Below are positions 59,686 to 64,000 of a stretch of 64,000 nucleotides of DNA, in pieces; within the stretch, counting starts at the first letter, position 1; each line of letters begins with the position of its first letter. A program made the position numbers and the translations under genes. The notes under the pieces are model-generated. The model ran no database searches. It had not been told where the DNA came from and saw nothing but the letters and a program-made list of their open reading frames with translations. The stretch is from the human T2T-CHM13v2.0 reference genome, Homo sapiens. The DNA lies in the NCBI RefSeq assembly GCF_009914755.1, contig NC_060930.1. One strand, 5' to 3'.

Positions 59686-60606
59686 CAATTGACCCTTGAG
59701 CAACATGGGGTTAAGGGTGCCAACCCCTTGCACAATTGAAAATCTGAGTATAAGTTTTGACTTCCCCAAAATTTAACTACTAATAGCCTACTGTAAAGTC
59801 AGTTAACACGTTGTTTGTTATATGCATTACATACTATATTCTTACAATAAGCTAAAGGAAAATAAATTCCTAAGGAAGAAAAAATACATTTACAGTACTG
59901 CATTTACCGATACTGTGTTTATGTTACCTGTTTATAAGGTGTCTGTCTGAAATGATGGGTAACTGCAGCTGCAGACCCATCTAGGGTGTGTACCAGGTAA
60001 TTTAACTTCTTGTAATGGCATGACTTTTCTTGGCTTCTTGGGAGCACTTCTAGCATCACTAGTGGCACTTCACATGGGTCCCATGGTGTTATTCAAGGTT
60101 TATGGTATTGTACTAAACATGATGAAAAATACACAAGAACAAGAGATTACATTTTACTCCAATACATGCAGAGATGATTAGTGTCCACAGCATTTTAAGT
60201 GGAAATTCATAATAGCAACAGGAAATTATTACAGTATGTACTACAATTAATTTTATACAGCTATGATTCATACTGCATCTTTACATTTGTTTAAATTTCT
60301 TGTACCACCTCAAGTGGCACCATATGTGTCTGTGTTTACTAAGTTTTGATACACTTTAACTTCTTATAATTTCTCTATATTTTATAATACTAAATGATAA
60401 AATAGACTATATATGTTTTATGCATTCATAATATACCTAATTTTTTCTTTTCCTTTTTTTGATGTTTCAAGACTACATGATTCATCTGCAAGTTTTTTCA
60501 AATTGTCACAAATCTCCAAAAAAATTTCCAACATATTTATTGAAAAAACTGTATGTATATAAGTCAACTTGTTCATTTCCAACCTGTGTTGTTGAAAGGT
60601 CAGCTG
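59686..60606 (-). mobile_element. Tigger2b-type element
   Basis: TA|caattgacccttgagcaac ... gttgttgaaaggtcagctg|TA; about 920 bp. Confidence 0.85.
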
Positions 60607-61746
60607 TATGAGGTTATCGTCAAAGATCTTTAAAGAAAGAAATGACATCATCAATATTTTGAAAATTAGAGAAAGCCATTTCTAAAGGAATCCTAGAAAT
60701 GACTTCAGGCCAGAATTAGAAAAAAAAAAATTGAAGAAATAGGCTAAATAAATATGTCTTTGGCTGTGTTCTTTTGAAAATGGCATTAATGTATAGAAAG
60801 ATACTCGAATGTGAGTTATGGTCACTGATACATTCTTTTGTTTACTGCTGAACATAACTGGACTAGAGGAGTGTAATGAGGGCAAGGATGTTCTTTCTGT
60901 TGAAGGAGAAAGTTTATATTGATGGAAAGTCATTATTCATAGATACTTTGCTGTTATTTCAGTACTATTAAGTAAATAGTTCTCTGCTCCTGGGTTTGTG
61001 TGTGTGTGTGTTTTCTTTATAAGGGGCTTTTTCAAATAATTTTGCTATTGATAAGTTACTTGAATTTAATCATTAGTCTTCAAATAAGGAAAGCAGAATG
61101 AGAGAATGCATCTCCTTGAATTAACCAGATTTTTTTTTAGTACCTTTGTTCTAGTGGATATGTAGCAAAGCTTTTACTTTAATATTTGTGGCTATAGCTT
61201 TATTTCAGCTATGTGAAATAGTTTTATAGGAAAGATCACAGCTTATTTGGGTGTTCAAATATGGGTTCTTTAGAGGATTTTTTTGTACTTATTTTGAAGC
61301 TGCTTTGTTTCAGTTAACTTAGATTCCTTTAAGAATCAACTTTTGTTTCAGAGATAAAATATTTATGGATAAGACCTAAGTAAAGTAAGTGAATAGAGAG
61401 GAATAAATTAGATTGGTTACAGATAATGTGTAAATGCATTCAGGAGATAAGGAGAATTAGAAACAAGGACATTTTTTGTGTATTTCTTAGGAATAAAATG
61501 GTACCTTCTACACATCTCAATTATTAAAGTACAAATAGTGATTGAACGAAATTTTTAGAAGAAATGTTTTAATTGAATCTTCACACTAGAGGTTTTAACA
61601 TTCAATCAATTAGGTTCTGAGAAGGATGGATTGGTACATCTTAAAAGACTTGTAAGATAGCGAAGGATAGGCAGTGCTAATGACCAACAGCAACACTCAG
61701 CAGGACTTTGTGGACCAAAAAACTTCAAGTTAGAATTGTGGGTAAA

Positions 61747-61907
61747 GGCTGGGCATGGTGGCCCTCACCTGTAATCCCAACACTTTGGGAGCCTGTGGTA
61801 GGAGCATCACATGAGGCCAGGAGTTTGAGGTTTAAGTTACCTGCAGTCATACCACTGGACTCCTGCCTGGTTAACAGACGCTGTCTCTTAAAACAAAACA
61901 AAACAAA
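61747..61907 (+). mobile_element. Monomer-length old Alu with TSDs
   Basis: Perfect TSD agaattgtgggtaaa (61732-61746; 61908-61922). Confidence 0.88.
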
Positions 61908-62439
61908 AGAATTGTGGGTAAAGTAAGAGCAAATTGACTTTTGAGTGATGGTCCGAAAACCTTTGTGATGGGTAAAGGGTAGAATGTCTGTATAATTTTT
62001 CTGAACTGGAACACTTGTTGGGAGACCAAGGGCAAACTGGATAGATGCTGGGCTGACCTATGTGGTCATCCTAGTGAAGAATCATAAGCTTTATTGGGGA
62101 AAGAGCTTTGTGAAGCTGTTTTGGCTGTTCAGAAACCCATCTTGGTTTATGCTTAGATTTTTATCTCCATTTTGGAGAATTCATTGACAATGAACAATAG
62201 CTGGGTAAATGATTTGCTTGCCAAAAGATACAAAGATGGGTTGAATTTTATATTTGTAAATGTAGGAACTCCTTTAGATTTTAAGTTATATAAAGCAAGG
62301 ATTAGAACTTAGATATTTTTATGTATCTTACAGATTCCAGCTTGAGTTCACAATTAGAACTCAAGTGTTGTGTTATTTGAATAAATCTAATCCTTTGATA
62401 TTCTGTTCCTCACAATAGTTACTTTTAGGAGTTGATTTT

Positions 62440-63790
62440 TCATTCATCCAAAAAATATCAGTTCAACAAAAATTGATTGACAATTTACTAGCTATTTAAA
62501 GATATAAAAATCTCCCTATCTTCAGGGGATTCATGATTTCACAGAAGAGTCAGACTTCACAAATGAATTGAAATTAGTGCATGTGATAAATTCAGTAATA
62601 GAAAAACATACAAAACATAGAGGAGAGAACAGTTAACTTTCTGGAGGTAGTCAGAGAAAATGGTAGAGATAACCATTTCTGTGTAATATATTAAAGAACA
62701 AATAGGCATTCATAAGCTGTAAAAGGGAATAGATCGTACCAGGCAGGAGGAAATACAGAGCTACAAAGGGAGGTTTGCAGGACTATGAGTAATTTTGTAC
62801 AACTAGATTATTAATCTATGGGTGGTTGTTGAAGATAAAAAAGACTAGAGACTAATTATTTACAGTTTAGATCTTTAAAACCTTTTAATGTTGTCCTAAG
62901 GAGCTTTGTCTTTATTGTGTAGGCTGAGGACCCAATATTGTGCTTCACATATGGAAGAAACCTGGTCCATTTTGCCTTTTAAATATATCAGTCAGTCCTA
63001 GCTACTTGGGAGGCTGAGATGGGAGGATCGCTTGAGCCAAGCAGTTTGAGGTTTTAGTGAGCTATGATCATGCCACAGCATTCTAGCCTGGGAAACAGAC
63101 TGTAGAGTGAGTGTATGTGTGTGTGTGTGAGAGAGTGAGAGAGAGAGAATCTCACTCAAAGGCTTAATAAATGAGGGTGATACTGACACAAGATAATCAG
63201 GCTGAACAATAGTCCAGGTGAGAGTTATGTAGGTTTAAACTAGGGCACTAGCAATGGGTAGAGAGTACAGGATAGATTCCAAAGGGATTAGGAATAAAAG
63301 TTGACAGAATTTATGGTGTGGTTGGTTGGGGTGGGGGAGCAGGGGGCTGTGTGGTGAGAGAAAGGACTTTCTCTTTTTCTCCATGAACACAAAGTAGTTA
63401 AGGCATGAAACCTGAGATGTCATATTGTAAGAATTATGCAGAAATGGGGGTTTGTAAAATGTGTGTATATGAGATAAAGATATGAGGGGGCCAAGGGTTC
63501 TGTTAAGAAGTAAAAAAGATTGGGTTCCAGAATGGGCAGGAAAGGAAATGAGATCAGGAACTGGATAAAGGAAAGGAGATGGTCAAGAGATCGTAGGTCC
63601 CCATGAAATTGAAGAGCAGGTGTGGGAATGAGTAGGCTGGAAGAACCAGAGCTTGTGATCTGAGAGTCGGATTAAGATTTCAGAGAGGCAGCAGTTTAGG
63701 TGACAACTAGCTTTAAATGTGATTATAATATTTGGTTGCTGGAGAGTAGATTAATTTCTTCAAATTTAGGATTTAAGGAACTGAAAATTG
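62440..63790 (-). mobile_element. L2 remnant containing an AluJ right-arm fragment (62993-63110, +) and (TG)n(GA)n
   Basis: cattcatccaaaaaatat..., aatagtccaggtgagag...ttaaactaggg; Alu gggaggatcgcttgagcc. Confidence 0.6.
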
Positions 63791-64000
63791 AGGATGGTGT
63801 TTCTCAGATTGTATTTGAAGGACTAAAGCATGAGTACCACCTGGGGTGAGATTCCTAGGTTTAAACCTATGTCTACTGGCCTAGAATTTCTAAGGAAAGG
63901 GGCTGAGAATATGTATTTCTAACAAGCAATTTCAGTGATTCTGATGAATAGAAGTTGGGACAAGTTTAAGAACCTGTGCAATAGGTGTTGGATGGTTCAT

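Overview
This is primate (human/ape-type) genomic DNA, rich in repeats. I found no intact host protein-coding exon, rRNA, tRNA or CRISPR array. About 53 kb is intergenic and built from transposable elements: a solo LTR12C (710-2097, - strand), two full-length inactive L1s (L1PA7-like 15128-21278; L1PA6-like 42011-48113), a young 5'-truncated L1PA2/3-like copy (23838-25329), about 15 Alus, THE1C/MLT/ERVL LTRs, L2/MIR remnants and hAT/Tigger MITEs. A CpG-island promoter at about 53640-54430 opens a + strand gene with a non-coding first exon and two candidate 5' splice donors (53880, 54050); the rest of the window is intron 1. From memory the exon matches the RNF146 5'UTR, which would place the window downstream of RSPO3; this was not verified by a search. 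All long ORFs are L1 ORF1/ORF2 remnants or GC/Alu/low-complexity artefacts. I cannot support a new biological system here. The best leads are a perfect 13-bp GC inverted repeat next to a perfect GTCACGTGAC (CLEAR/E-box) in the core promoter, an exonisation-ready antisense Alu in intron 1, an unexplained diverged 43-bp direct repeat (35731/36964), and repair scars inside the L1s. Repeat subfamily names come from remembered consensus sequences and need RepeatMasker/Dfam confirmation.
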